DNA of 64,000 nucleotides from Ginglymostoma cirratum (GCA_024137785.1 JAHRHZ010000018.1:34296560-34360559), one strand, 5' to 3'. Positions 51,295 through 64,000 are shown, counted from the first letter of the stretch. The notes: generated from the sequence alone by a model not told the origin. A program made the numbers and translations.

Positions 51295-51789
51295 AATTAT
51301 GGGATGATTCAGGTTTAAGCTTGAACTTGTCTTTTTCTGTTTCTGAGGTGAGAAGGCTAACGTTAAGCTAAATACAAATGTCTCAACTCGACAATATATT
51401 TATTTGTCTGTTCCTGAAATCAGATATATAATTTCTTAATGAGATGCTTACAAACTCACTATTCCAGACACTTTAGACTTTAGATTTCTGCAATGACAAC
51501 CACCAATGCTGTAGACCCTTATGATGCATAAACATTAACAACTTGTTAAAATAAGAACTAAAATCATTCCGAACATTGAAATCCTTTGTAGCATTAACAC
51601 ACAAAGTTTGTTTCCTAAATACATTTGTCACAACACTTACTGTGAATTAACTACAAACTTTGACCTCAATGATGAGGTGAAATTAAAAAAAACATTAAAA
51701 AAGACAATGGACTATCATTTATAAGGCATATTTGATAGCGCTTTTTGAGCAGTGATGATTAGTTTTGAGTTGGGTTTAATTAAACCTGT

Positions 51790-52035
51790 CCATCTTCTTT
51801 CCCACCTATCTACCCCACCCTTCCCACTGACCAATTCCCACCACTCCCTACCTGCGTCCACCTATCACCATCCCACCTATCTTCCCCCAGCCCCACCCCG
51901 TCCCCAGTCCTCATGAAGGGTCCTGACCTGAAACATTGACATTCCTGCTCCTCTGATGCTGCCTGACCTCCTGTGTTTCTCCAGCTCCATACTGTATTGT
52001 CTCTGACTCCACCATCTGCAGTTTCTGCTATCCCT
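51790..52035 (+). mobile_element. Penelope-like pseudo-LTR fragment with hammerhead motif
   Basis: C-rich leader, then CTCATGA-AGGGTC-CT-GACCT-GAAA-CATT-GAC (51910-51940). Tail colinear with 48030-48126. Confidence 0.75.
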
Positions 52036-53749
52036 TAGTCTTAGTTTAATTTGTCACAAGTCTGCTATTTATCTCCTGAAATGGATGAAAAATCTATTAT
52101 CCAATGCCAATTAGTACAGATGTCTTAAGGCGTGTGAACAATCCATGATGTTTACAGTCTGGGTATACTGAGTCATGAACATTATTATGGGAAAAATTTA
52201 AATAGTAACGGCATACAAATGCCTTTGCAACATCAATTTTTTAAAATTTCGTAGCCTATTTTAGGACGTTGAAAAAAAGTGATTGATCATTTAGTCAGGC
52301 ACCAGATGATAAATCTGAGAATTTTTTTAAATATAAAAACCACTTTAAAATCAAAATGTTGATCATTAGTTTTGCAGCAGCTGATACTTGCAGAAGTAGA
52401 CAATATGATGGCAGACGCCAGTATTGGCGACTAATTAAGATCCTCCACGGGGTCGAGTTCCGAAAAGTATAACACATTAACCAAGTGGATGTTTAGGATT
52501 GCCCAAAAACCCCACTGCTTTGACTATCAGAGGATCCAAAGGAGGTCAGAATGGTGTCATCCCTGGGCTGTGTGTTTGCATGAAGCAGATGGTGGTTCAG
52601 TATAGTAGCAAATTAATGAGGAAGCCAATTTTCTTGGCTACCTTTACCAAGCCAAACTGTGTACTGCAATATGACCAGGTCAATTTGTCCACGTCAGGAA
52701 CTAGTAAAAGCTCTATTACATCATGTTCTCAGTAACGGTTTCAATTGCAGCTGGACAAATAACCTTAGGACTGGCTAAGGACAATCTTCTTCAGTTCCTC
52801 AGAAAGACACAAATTGGAACTTTGCTCCTTCTTTGCACCATAACGGAAAGGCAATACACCATGGCAAACAAGAAAGAACAGCAAATCCATATGCAAAGTG
52901 AAAAAAACATCTTTACCGTTCAAGGTTCAAGAACTATTACTCACCACTCCTAATTAAATAAACTGTCTGGACAAAATATATATATTTTTCTCTTTTTAAT
53001 GATAGAAATTGATTAAAAAAGAAATGAAAATAATAAGGTTATTAATAATATTTCTCAGTAATCATTTTTGTTTCAAATAGATACTGATATAATTTAAAGC
53101 TAAATTACTGTCTATTCTCTTCTATGGTTTCCTGTTCTATGAAATTAATCATTTTAGGATTTTTTTTGTGTGGCTTTGCATTACACAATCCATTCTCACT
53201 GTTGGCAGTGCTAATATATTAGGTTGTTCATTATCTACATGTGACCTGTATGTGTAAGTATCACACTGTAAGCCATTTTATTCTGAATATTAAAATTCTT
53301 ATTTCAGAATAAAAATTGAATTATTAGAGTCTTTCTAAATGATGCATAAAATATAGGTAAACGAACTGCATATTTAATATTAATAAACACATATCACAGA
53401 CGTTAGATGAAATATTTTGTAGGTCTTTTACAGGATCCATTTCACAAGGTATACTAATTGCTAAACAGAAGAGACATTTTTGTTCCTGCTATTTACAATA
53501 TAAATGTAAAAAGTCCCAATCAGAACAACATACAACTGATAATCATTATTACATATAAACTAAATAGAATAACAACCTCAGGTTGTTGAAGAGTGGAGGA
53601 GATATCAGCAATAACAAAAACATCATTTCAGCACAGAAGTACCAAATGAATTATCATTTTCAGTAGCAATATAGTGAACCTGTGTAAGCCCTTCTACATC
53701 AGCATTATCTTTACATGAGTTTCATTTAGCACAGTTTAAAATGTATGGA

Positions 53750-54330
53750 AGTGGAAAACATAGGGTGGGTGAAGGGCAGTCTTGCTGGTAGGAAGGTTCT
53801 GACAGTTATTGAAATAGTTGATTTAACCTCAGATGAGGGGAAGTCTGAGTCAATTTAACTGGAAAACTGCGACAGCAACACAAGCAAATTAATAATTGGA
53901 GATTGCTATAGACGACCGGGGTGAAAGGAAAAACTGATATGGAATTATTCAAGCAAGTAAAGAGTGCATCAGAGAAAGGGAGGGTATTAATTCTGGGTGA
54001 TTTTAATTACTTGAAATTGAAGCAGGATGAGGGTTCAGACTCTTCAAAAGGAGGAGGCAAATTTATTGAGTTAATACTGGACTGCTTCATGATGCAGCAG
54101 GTTAAAAGGGGAATGAGAGATTGAGACATGCTTGATTTAGTATTTGGGAGTGAGCTTGAGATAGTGGCAAATTTGTAGGCTGGATAAAACTGTGTATCAG
54201 CGATTATAATGTCATTAAGTTTGAAATTGTGGTATGGACTAGAGTAAGGATTAATTGAGAGGCAATTTTAAAGCAATGAATACAGAATTGAGGAGGTAAC
54301 AATGGGGATTAGTACTAAAGAAGAAAATAT
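53750..54330 (+). mobile_element. CR1 LINE apurinic endonuclease domain relic
   Basis: IGDCYRRPG, VLILGDFNY (ORF 53921-54124), LDLVF and SDYNVIKF are APE motifs in the correct order. Confidence 0.8.
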
Positions 54331-54731
54331 TTCAAAAAATTAAATACTTTTCAGTAAGCACAAATAGAGTTGTGCTGTGCCATGAGCCTGTATACTGATG
54401 TCAATAATAGACATAATTACTAACAAAAAAACAAAACAAATATAAAAGAAATTCAGTTTTTTAATGAGAAAATACATTGCAATTATGAAAGAATAAGTGA
54501 TGTTAAAAATAATCTAGAAAACATTGTTTAAAATCTCAGCACTGTGGAAGCAGAAGGGATTTCTCTGTCTGGTATTTGAATATTTATATAACTTTCTTCC
54601 AACTCTTGACTCTACTAGAAATGTACTGGCAGAATAGATAGAGACTGCAGAGATTGAAATCTGCAGTGGAAGTCAGGACTGGAGTTGTCATTTAAATAAC
54701 ATAGAGCCTGAAGTGTAGAGTGTATGAAACA

Positions 54732-54955
54732 TAAGCAAAATATTGTGGACGCTGGGAATCTGAAATAAATGCAGAAGATACCGGAAAAGCTCCACAGAAC
54801 CTGCAAAGAGAGAAGCTGGGTTAATGTTTCAGGCTGATGACCTCTGATCAGAACTCTGTCAATGAAAGGCCTTTGACCTGAAAAATTAACTCTGTCTCTT
54901 CCTCCACAGATGCTGCCTGACCCGTTGAGCATTTCCAGCATGTTCTGTTGTTATA
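54732..54955. mobile_element. Inverted pair of Penelope-like pseudo-LTR fragments
   Basis: Minus 54820-54851 reads CTGATCA-GAGGTCATCAGCCT-GAAA-CATT-AAC. Plus 54859-54890 reads TCAATGA-AAGGCC-TTT-GACCT-GAAA-AATT-AAC. Each is followed by the shared tail pointing outwards. Confidence 0.7.
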
Positions 54956-54999
54956 ATTTGATCTGCATCTTACCCCAACACAAAAGTAGGGATTAACCC

Positions 55000-55520
55000 A
55001 CACATTTTATTTTGCGGGTAAATGCATTACAGCTGATATTGCACTTAAGTCCATGTGAAGCAGCTGTGTGAAGTTATAGCTTTTCCTGATGAGCAGGAAC
55101 AGATGTTGTAAATGTATGAGTAGATGTGTAAAATCTCAGCTTCTCTGACCCAAATTTCTGTTACAAAGCTAAAGCTGCCATGTTAAATTTGATGTGTCAA
55201 CAGTTTGGCACCGATCCTTACTAATGAAATGAATAATTGCATTCGCGCTAGTTAAATTCAAAAAAAGTTAGTGCCTTTCATTGCCTACATATATCAAAAG
55301 ATTGATAGCACGAGCAGGCTGAAGTATTTTGAAGTGTAGCATTGTAACATAGGATTGCCTATGATTATTGAACATACTAGTTATAAAAGGGTTATTGAAT
55401 TCACCGCTTGTACAATGGGTATTGCAAACCCTAGACATTGCAATTTTTTAATGTGACAGAAAATGCATTGTATCAATGCAAAAACGAATCAAAATCAGCA
55501 TGAACATTTCCAGTTCAATC
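55000..55520. promoter_or_regulatory. Putative conserved non-coding element
   Basis: Repeat-free. CAGCTG twice, TGTCA/TGACAG, TAAT clusters, ATCAAA and ACAATG sites, retained CpGs. Confidence 0.4.
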
Positions 55521-55884
55521 ATAATGGTTATTGAGGATGCATTTTAGTTTCTACAAACAACAGTTAGGAATAACATGGTTTTTCAGGGAAAAATAGATAA
55601 ACTGCAGTATATAACAACACTCATGATCTTTATAGCCAATGATGTTGATATTGAAGAGTAGTTCTCCAGAAAGAACTGGTAGGAACTAGACTTGAAATAG
55701 TCTCAGCTGGATTTATACTGTAGAAACATCTAATAAACAGTAATTCTGCTGGATTCATCAGAATCCAATAGAGTCTCAGGTTTGCTGAGTTGGCCCCAGT
55801 GCTTATCAGCTAGCTGTCTTCAGTTCACCTGTTGTCAATTTAACGAAATTTCAATACCCATTGTAAACCTCCATCATCCCTCAA

Positions 55885-56219
55885 TTTTCACATAGCAAAA
55901 TCCTAAGGACAACAATGAGGTAATGACTAGATCATTTAATTTTAGCTGTCTGTTGAAGAATAAATATTGGCTAGGTCATCAGAGAGAACTCTACTTTTAT
56001 TGTCCCAATTGTGGGATCTTTCACATCCACCAGAGTGATATGGACATCATGGTCTCAGTTAAGTGTTTCACCTAAAAGGATCTTTGCCAGAGCAGCAATT
56101 CTTCACCATAGCATTGAAGTGTTGGCCTATATTTTGAGCTCAATCCCTGGGGTAGGACAAAAAATCCACAGTCTTGTGACTCAGAGGTGAGACAGGTACC
56201 TACTGAGCCATGGCTGACA
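55885..56219 (-). mobile_element. Deu-domain tRNA-derived SINE
   Basis: Colinear with 6190-6470 (CACATAGCAAAATCC...AATGAGGTAATGACTAGATC; TGACTCAGAGG...ACTGAGCCA head). Confidence 0.65.
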
Positions 56220-56519
56220 ATTTGTCATGTTAGGCTGATTTCTTTAGGTTTGTAAACCATTTCGTTCTTTTTGCATGGCCATGGACATGCAGAACTTAAA
56301 GGGGCAGATGTGTGTGTGTGTAGCCTGCACAGGAACATGTGAATGCTTCCATGTGCTTAGAGCAGACTTTGTTCCGAGGGTAGTGGACCAATTAGATTAA
56401 ACTAAAAGTATGAAAATAAATTTAAACTGAAACTAAGAGGTATTGTGAAAATATTGCAAAATGTATTGATTACTGCCTAAAAATTAATCATTTGGACACC
56501 AGTAGTACAAAACAATATG

Positions 56520-57500
56520 CAAACAGTAATTTTAAGTCAACGCGGGCCAGTCATGTCTAAACAGCATTTCATTGAGTTAATAAATGAATTAACTTTAAGA
56601 AAACAAGACTTATGACTAAATTGACATATCATGGGATCCAAAGATAAAGTTGTAATTTATGTTAATTGGCTAGATCAAAGGTGGTGTGATTTAACTATCA
56701 GTTAATATTTTGAACCGGATACCTGATCCACTATAGTTTTCTAAAGAGCGTTTCTGGAACCCTTGCTATAAAGTGTATTAGTAATCAAGAAGACGACATG
56801 TACATATTCTTAATTTGCAGGTTAGAAGTTGTATGGGCAAGAAGGCTGTACCAGGTGACTAATATCATTTAGAATTTCTGAACAGAGTTAGGAAATAGGC
56901 AGTCTAATTAAAATCATCATTAATATTGTGCTTTGTAAAGCAATATTGTTCAGTACCAAAAACTGCACGTGGAATCACAATAGAAGGTTAGTGACTATGT
57001 AAAGTGAAGCAGGAAACACATTTGGATGGGTAAATCAACTAAATTTTGAAAGCTTTGTTCTGCTGAATTAAATAATTGCTGAGGCAGATAGAAAAAAAGT
57101 GAAAAATCACATAAAACACACATTCAAGAAACTGACATTAACACAATGAAACATTTCATATAGACTGGTGAAATCAGACCTGATCAGTGTATTTCTGGAA
57201 AGACATTAGGAAGGCTTCAGAGTGGTGCAGAAAAGTGCTGGGTCTAAGCAGATCCTGTGACTATTTAAAACTAAACTAAATAGACATTCATCCCTCTAGG
57301 GTAGTACTTGATAGGCTGAACTAGGATGGTATTTGATGCACATAAGTCGAGGGAAAGTCCTTTCTGTGAACTAGTACAGGACAAAAGTACAATCACGTGA
57401 AATAGTATGATGGTGGGAACAGATTACTACCTAGAACAATGAATACTGAAACATTATCAAAGAAAATAACCAAATGTTTTGTTCAGTTGCAAGCTGAGGA
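56520..57500 (+). mobile_element. Very old CR1 RT relic
   Basis: Remnants 'QSCLN', 'TKLTYHGIQ' and 'NWL' in the expected order. Confidence 0.35.
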
Positions 57501-60499
57501 ATATTAACTTGGCACCGAGGCAGAAGGTACATGACAATGATCTGTCAGGATATAGACAATTAACTAAGTTAGTTAAATTCAACAACCTTTGCAAATGCCT
57601 TTTCCTCACAATGTTCAAGCTATAACATTTAACTCGACATAGGATTTTTATAGCTACAATGATATTCTTTAAGTGGTAAAATAGAATAAACCTAACAGTA
57701 ACGTTGAAAATGTGCGTAATGAATGAGAACAGTATTGTCTTCTAAATCCCTGTCTCTAGAGAACTACAATAGTCCTTCCTGCTATTATCATTTGATATAC
57801 AGTGATTAATACTACATATATTGTATACGGTTTTTTCATTAATGGAGAAACCATATAATGTACGCTTTTAATAGCATCTCTCTGACTTAAGCATGCAGCT
57901 TAAGCATTTCTGCAGCTACCAATGATGTTGTTAAAGACAGATGACTGTATTCACTGACAAGAGTTGACAGCATTAGGGAAAGAAATCTATTCTGGTTTTA
58001 TATTTGGTTGTGCCACTAAGCATTGTGGAGTAGTTATAAAAAGTGACAATATAATAATCCCCTGGAAATGCAGCCTGAAGCCCAACCTTGAATAGGACAT
58101 GTCCTTTAAACTAATAATAATCTGTTTTTTAAATTTTATTTTTCATCCCAAGCTCGATTAAAAGACCCTGAAAATTAATAAGGCATGTTATAGCAAGAGT
58201 TACACAAAATCTTTTTACATTTTAAGATTATAGCATTTTAATTTTTCATTAAACTTGAATTATAACTTGCACCAGTTTGTTAGGCCAATAATTGCAGCAT
58301 TTATTGGATTCTCTGTCTTCTTTAATGACCTCGCAAAACCAGGACCTTGGGCTATAAACACTATTGCGTCCTTTAAAATGATTTTGCTGTTATATTTAAA
58401 ATGGATGCATCTTGCCACTTACCTTCATTACCTTACTCTCCAACTTGAAAAAAGATGAAACGTTCATGTCAGACTGTCATATATAAAGCAATATAACTTA
58501 AAAAAAACATGTTTCTTTTTTATTCCAACAGCTCTATTTCAAAGCTATGAAAAAATAATAGGAGGTGTGGCTAACAAGGCAATATTCACTTAAAGGGAAG
58601 AGCAACCAAATTTTAAGAAGTAGCAAATTCCAACAATTTAGACAAAATGAGGTGGCATGTGAATAGAAGTATATCACCAATTTATCACTGCACGCTCATG
58701 TCTAAATTGCGGAGTGTATTCCTTGTATGTTGTATATTGGATCAAATGAAAGACTGAATCCCTGCAACTTTGAAACAAAATAAACCAACATGCAATATCA
58801 AATTGCTATACAATACAAACCATGAAAAGATTACAATATACCAGGGCAAATGAAGTTAAGACGAAACAATATTTCTTGAATGAAATAATTCATTGTGACA
58901 AAGTAGACCTCCTAGAAAACACATGGTGCAGAATACTCACAAAATACTTTCTGTAAAGACCAATGAAAGTTATTGTAGAATTAATTGCGAGCAATTTTTT
59001 TGTACGATGCAGCAGCATCGGGGTGTCACGTATAGTTCAAAGTTTCCACTGCAGCTTGCAAGATTGTTTTGGGACCATCCAGGATTGTCAACTGTGTGAT
59101 TACGCAGGAATATTTGTCTAATTGCCCTGTAATTGTAAATGTAGACATTGGGGAGAGGTTGCAGAACTGCTTCTGTTGTTTTCCAAGTGGTCTAAAGAGC
59201 TCAAAAAGTTTATTCCCCAAACAGACATTAGCCAGGAATCTATAATAAACATACTTGCTGTTTACTTAAAAAAATAACAGTTCTCCCTCCTAACGACAAG
59301 GTCCTATAGCCTTTCACATCAATAATATTGACAAATCTGCTGAAATACAATATAGTGTAATGCCCCGACTTTGTCTTTCCTGTACTTAAGAATGCATTTG
59401 GTTTTGGTTCAAGGAAGTTTTAGTCTTGTGACCAGTTTCTGCTTAGCAATAGTGACCGCAAGCCTCCGCAACCCCCATACTCAGCAGCCATTTGTTATCT
59501 TCTGTAGACAGCAGATCTTTGCCAGCTTCCCACTTTTGTTTGGGTGCATGGTTCCGAGTGGAATGCCTGACTTCTTGTTGTTTAGTGACATTGTCAGCAC
59601 ACAGAAGTGAGGGAATGCAAACTGGACACGTAAAGGAACTTTTCTTACCATAATCAGTCAGCGTACAGCATCTTCTTAAGGCTGTATCATTCCATTTGCT
59701 AGTTGATTGGTGAATGCCTGTGTGACTTGTATAATGTATCAAACCAAAACCAGCAGCCAACCAAGCCAATAGCATCATCTTTATTAGACAAAGTTGAACT
59801 TATTAAATGGTGTTGTATCTTCTTTTGAATAAGATAACATTTATGGATTTCCAAAGAATCAGGTAGCTATCCTTACCAAATGTGTGTGACAACGTTAAAG
59901 TTTCATAATAATCCACTGATTGTGTTAAGGCTCATGTCACAATATGTGCTCATACACACAATATGTTTGAATATCAGTTTTGTATGTACAAGTTTTATAA
60001 TTTTGGATATATATCATCCTGTCAAAGTGCAGCACTATCTGCATTTGGTTATGTGGCAGGAAAAGGATGTATGCTCCAAAGGAGAGTTTTGCTCCTCTGT
60101 CATGATCTATTTACATCAATTAGGACCCTTCTTCTAAAATTCACGTATTAAACTTTCATTTGAGAACAGATATTACAATTAAAGATTCTGTTAAATTCCA
60201 TGTCAGTTTACCTTCTCATAACAATTTTATGAAATGTTATCATTGTTGAAACATTCTAATGCATTGTTCCTACTATTTATGTGTATTCAAATACCCACAC
60301 CCCTGCAACTTCCTCCGTTCCAATCACCTCTCAACGCTTTCACTTGCAGGATCTGAATTGTTTTGTAAGGCCAAAGTTTGTATTACATTTTTGCCTGATC
60401 AGAGATGTGATTGGCCCAGATTTACACATATAAACATTTTTTAAAAAAAGATCATCCCAGATCAGGAAACAGTACAGAAAGTAACCCAAAATAGGAAAA

Positions 60500-63350
60500 T
60501 ATTCGCTTTGTTTGTCATTGCATCCCAGTGCTAATATTACCGAACATTGGGGGATAGGTCTAAAGTGCCTGTTTACAAACCGCCACTACACGGAACTATT
60601 TGCACATCATTGGCTAGTGCAATTTTTCAATAAATATTGAGATACTGCATTAGCGATGAGCAATAGGGCGAACTAATTTGACTATCGTGCAAAATATGCC
60701 TTGTAACCCCGAATGCTGAAGTGGGAATCAAATCATAGCCAGCAACGTCGTTTCGCTGTTACTTGTAGCCAACCTTTATCAGCCTCAATAAATAAACTAT
60801 GCTTTTCTCCAAGGAGCCTTTCCCACGCGTCTTTGTTCGTCGACAAAACCAATTCATGTCGTGTAAAGTGTTTACAATCGTCTTAAATTAGCAACAAGCA
60901 AAGAAATGAATTGGAGAATGAAAGACGTCTAGTGTTTTAATTTCAGTCCTTCACCAACCCACTTTACCTGCAGCTTCCTGCACAAATAGGGCTGTCGAAC
61001 CTAATATGTGATACATGGACATTTACACAATTTAAAAATATACATGTCCTCACGGGCTAAAAAAGAACGGAATTCTCTTGATGCAGTTGTACAGCTTGCA
61101 CACTTGCAGATTCTTAACCTCCAAAAGATTTTGTGTGCGTGTTGCCAGTTCTCATTTGCATGCAGAGATTTAATTTCCCTCACTAAATATGACGAATTAC
61201 ATAGATTTTCTCCAGTTAATGCCGTTAACAGCTCCCAATAAACTTCATTAATCAGTATAGCTCTTGGCCCGATGTGCACACTGGAACAGCTCATTTGGCT
61301 GATTAGCTGGTGACTTAGCAAATAACCAGGTGGATCATCTGAAAGCTTTAAGGCTTTAATTACACCCTAATCAGTTCAGTGGCTGGCTGCAAAGGCAGCC
61401 ACAAGCGCACTTTCTCCACCCAGCCCGCTGCAACACATATTCTTTCTGTCACTTTAGCCCCACTGACAAATCACTTCAAGGGCAGTCTAACTTTGAAGGA
61501 CAAGACAAAGCTTTAACATATGGCACATTCCCCAGATGTTCCTTTTTAAAGACGGCCAGTTTCGAAACCGGCGGTGATTGTGAAAACTTATAGCCAACTA
61601 TCAGCTATTATTATTCCTTTTTATAGCTTCCCAAAAGGGGGAAGCCAACCCATCAGCGATTTGCTGAAACATTTAGCTGAAAATGGTAATTCCGCCATGC
61701 ACATTCATCATTTGTTACAATATTTCCAGTGCAAGCACGTACATGTTTTTTCTTAAAGTGAGAGGTCAGTGAAGGAACTGTTAACATTGTTTAGTAAATT
61801 ACAGTATATACAATTTGACCACCTGATTATGACAATCTCCCTCTCCCAGGATCAAGTGGTACACCCATGTTAACCCGGTTACCTCGTGTGACGACTATCT
61901 GTGTTGTATTTTCTGTCCTTCCAAACTCTAAGCACGAATTTTATTCTTTATTTATATTTTGAAAAAAAAATTAGCCTACATAATAATTTCTGCCTACTGA
62001 CAAACTGAGGAAACAAACTTGTCTGCAATGATCTGATGGTTCGTGTCGTTACAGATCAACAAATCGACATCAATTAGTCAAAGATGGGGAAGGAATTTTG
62101 ACCCTTGAATCTGACTGATCTGTCTTTTCGTAATTTACGTCGTAGGTGACGAGTTCGTGTTTTGATACTTTAAAGTTAAAGCTCTATTCTCTCTGCTTCT
62201 GCCTCGCCTTAATCATTCTTAACGTACGAAGCTTTTAAATTTTCTGAAAACTTTTTTTGGAAATGACTAGGGGTTGGATCGGGTTGAAACTGTCATCCAA
62301 GATCAAACGAAATTGGAGGAAGAGAGTTTTAACCCCTTCCCCAGCGCGACTCGAACCAAAGCAGCCAATGTTTCATTTAGCAGGGGGGCGGGGGAGAACT
62401 TCAATGTGTTTTGCTTCATCGTTTTCCAATATTCAACGTTCAAACTTGCCAGAAACTATTTTCTTACCCACTGTATGTCTGAGAATATGATGAGATTAAA
62501 ACATTTATAGGAAATTCGTTTATGAATCCAATCAACAAAAATAATTCATTAAAACAATTGCACTTGCTGGGCGCAGATTTTGCGTGTTCTATTGAATTAC
62601 TGAACTCAGCAAAGTCTATTTTGTGAGCCATTAATAGTGTAGGATTCAATACGTTAGCGTTTTAACTGTTGCTGGCTCGTATTGTCAATGTAATGGCCAA
62701 AAGAAGTGCGCATATTTATTTAAATGATCTCGTCGAGCGCAGAAAAAACCCCACCCCAAACTGGCCCAAAGCAAGACAAAAGCACAGAACCACATGTATA
62801 GGACTCGGGCACAGCACTCAATCATAACCCGTCATAGGTGCAGCCACTATGCATTATCCCGTAGTGATTGATAGACTGCAGTGAGCAGGCTGGGGAGCTG
62901 GGCACAGCTCAGGGGGAGACTCGACGGTCAGACTGCGCAGCACATACACGTGTTCACTGCTTACAGTACTTCTACTTTGCTGTTTTAAAATACATTTTTT
63001 TTTCAAAAAAAGTTTCACCGGTATACTCAGCCACGCAGGTGAACCTTAATTTGATGGGTGCGACTAGACATTGTGTTCTGGCCCGTAAGAATCATCCTTT
63101 CACATGTAGCCAAAATCTGACTGACAACTTTGAGAAACAAGAACAAATACGGTGGAAATTTTGCATAGATTATTTTTGGGTTAAATCAGAATCGCCTGCT
63201 CTGAAAAAGACTGAACTAACCTTTGGGAAGAATTATTTTGTTTACTATGTGTAGACAGACAAAATAGGTCCAAAATATATTCATGAAGTGCCTGTACGTT
63301 ATGGCCCAGCTAACTCTTTCCCCCATTTTAATTGTTTTAACCCGGAAATT
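60500..63350. promoter_or_regulatory. CpG-enriched, repeat-free region (CpG-island-like) including a putative CNE at about 61150-61500
   Basis: Visibly more CpG than the rest of the window (e.g. CACGCGTC, TTCGTCGAC, TACGTCGTAGGTGACGAGTTCG, CTCGTCGAGCGC). GC box GGGGGCGGGG near 62384-62393. Confidence 0.5.
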
Positions 63351-63947
63351 TATCGTTCAATAGATTGAATGCTTGATGAGTCACAATAATATGTTCAGTA
63401 ATGTGATTTTGTGGGTATGGTATTATATTTTTAAATATACTTCTTTCTCTTGAGGATACTGTAAATTTAACTAATAACTCGAGAGGATGGATTGCACAGT
63501 TTATCAATTATATCAATGTGCCTTTAATTGTAAAGTAAACCTTAGTGTGAGATGTTGAGATAACCAAGGAGAAATCTATATTGTATATGCATATTGAAGT
63601 GTGTTATAAGGCATGAGCATGTAAATTGCTTGAGAAGCCTCCATAATCAACAAGCGTAAGACATATTATTTGCTCAAAAGCAATTTCCAAATTGTGCTAT
63701 TCCATCTAATAGTATACTACCTTCTGACAGACATTTTATTCCATTTTCACCAAGTTGATTTGATGAATGTCTCAGAGGATAGTGATAAATAGGATTCTGT
63801 AAAAATAACATAAGTCCAATGGTAGTGAGTATTGAATGTTTGCTAATTATCTGGTGCAGTGTCATTATAGAGGTCTGAGGTGAAGGACCATTTGAGAGGA
63901 AAAGCTCAGGCAACAGCATCAACAAGTATCAAGATAATTTTTCTGAC

Positions 63948-64000
63948 ATAAAAAATCCTAACATGCTGGAAATCTAAAACTGAAACAGAAATTGCTGGAG
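63948..64000 (-). mobile_element. Tail of another Penelope-like short element, truncated by the window end
   Basis: ATGCTGGAAATCTAAAACTGAAACAGAAATTGCTGGAG matches 11819-11857. Confidence 0.5.

Noticed and set aside
53276-53314. 12-bp inverted repeat TTTTATTCTGAA/TTCAGAATAAAA
   Set aside because: AT-rich with a 15-nt spacer, so plausible by chance in this composition.
1-64000. Short ORFs of 60-150 aa in the ORF track as host genes
   Set aside because: No recognisable host protein domains or coherent exon chain. Those with motifs are retroelement relics, and the rest have the composition of random AT-rich frames.

Overview
This is AT-rich, non-coding vertebrate DNA, almost certainly from a shark or ray, judged from an HE1-type V-SINE, Deu-domain SINEs and abundant CR1-type LINE debris. 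I find no credible host protein-coding exon. The few ORFs with recognisable motifs are broken retrotransposon pieces: CR1 endonuclease/RT and Rex1/Babar RT. The window alternates between transposon graveyards and repeat-free blocks rich in homeodomain motifs. The graveyards include nested insertions and four putative solo LTRs, two with exact target-site duplications. The repeat-free blocks look like conserved non-coding enhancers of a developmental-gene desert, and the window ends in a CpG-enriched zone (about 60.5-63.3 kb). The most notable sequence-level signal is a dispersed family of short (about 100-250 bp) elements carrying minimal type I hammerhead ribozyme motifs, as in Penelope-like element pseudo-LTRs. 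About nine copies are readable, two loci are inverted pairs, and every copy has at least one core substitution. Repeat family names come from recognising motifs by eye, not from a database search, and boundaries of degraded repeats are approximate. I see no evidence for an intact novel protein-coding system.
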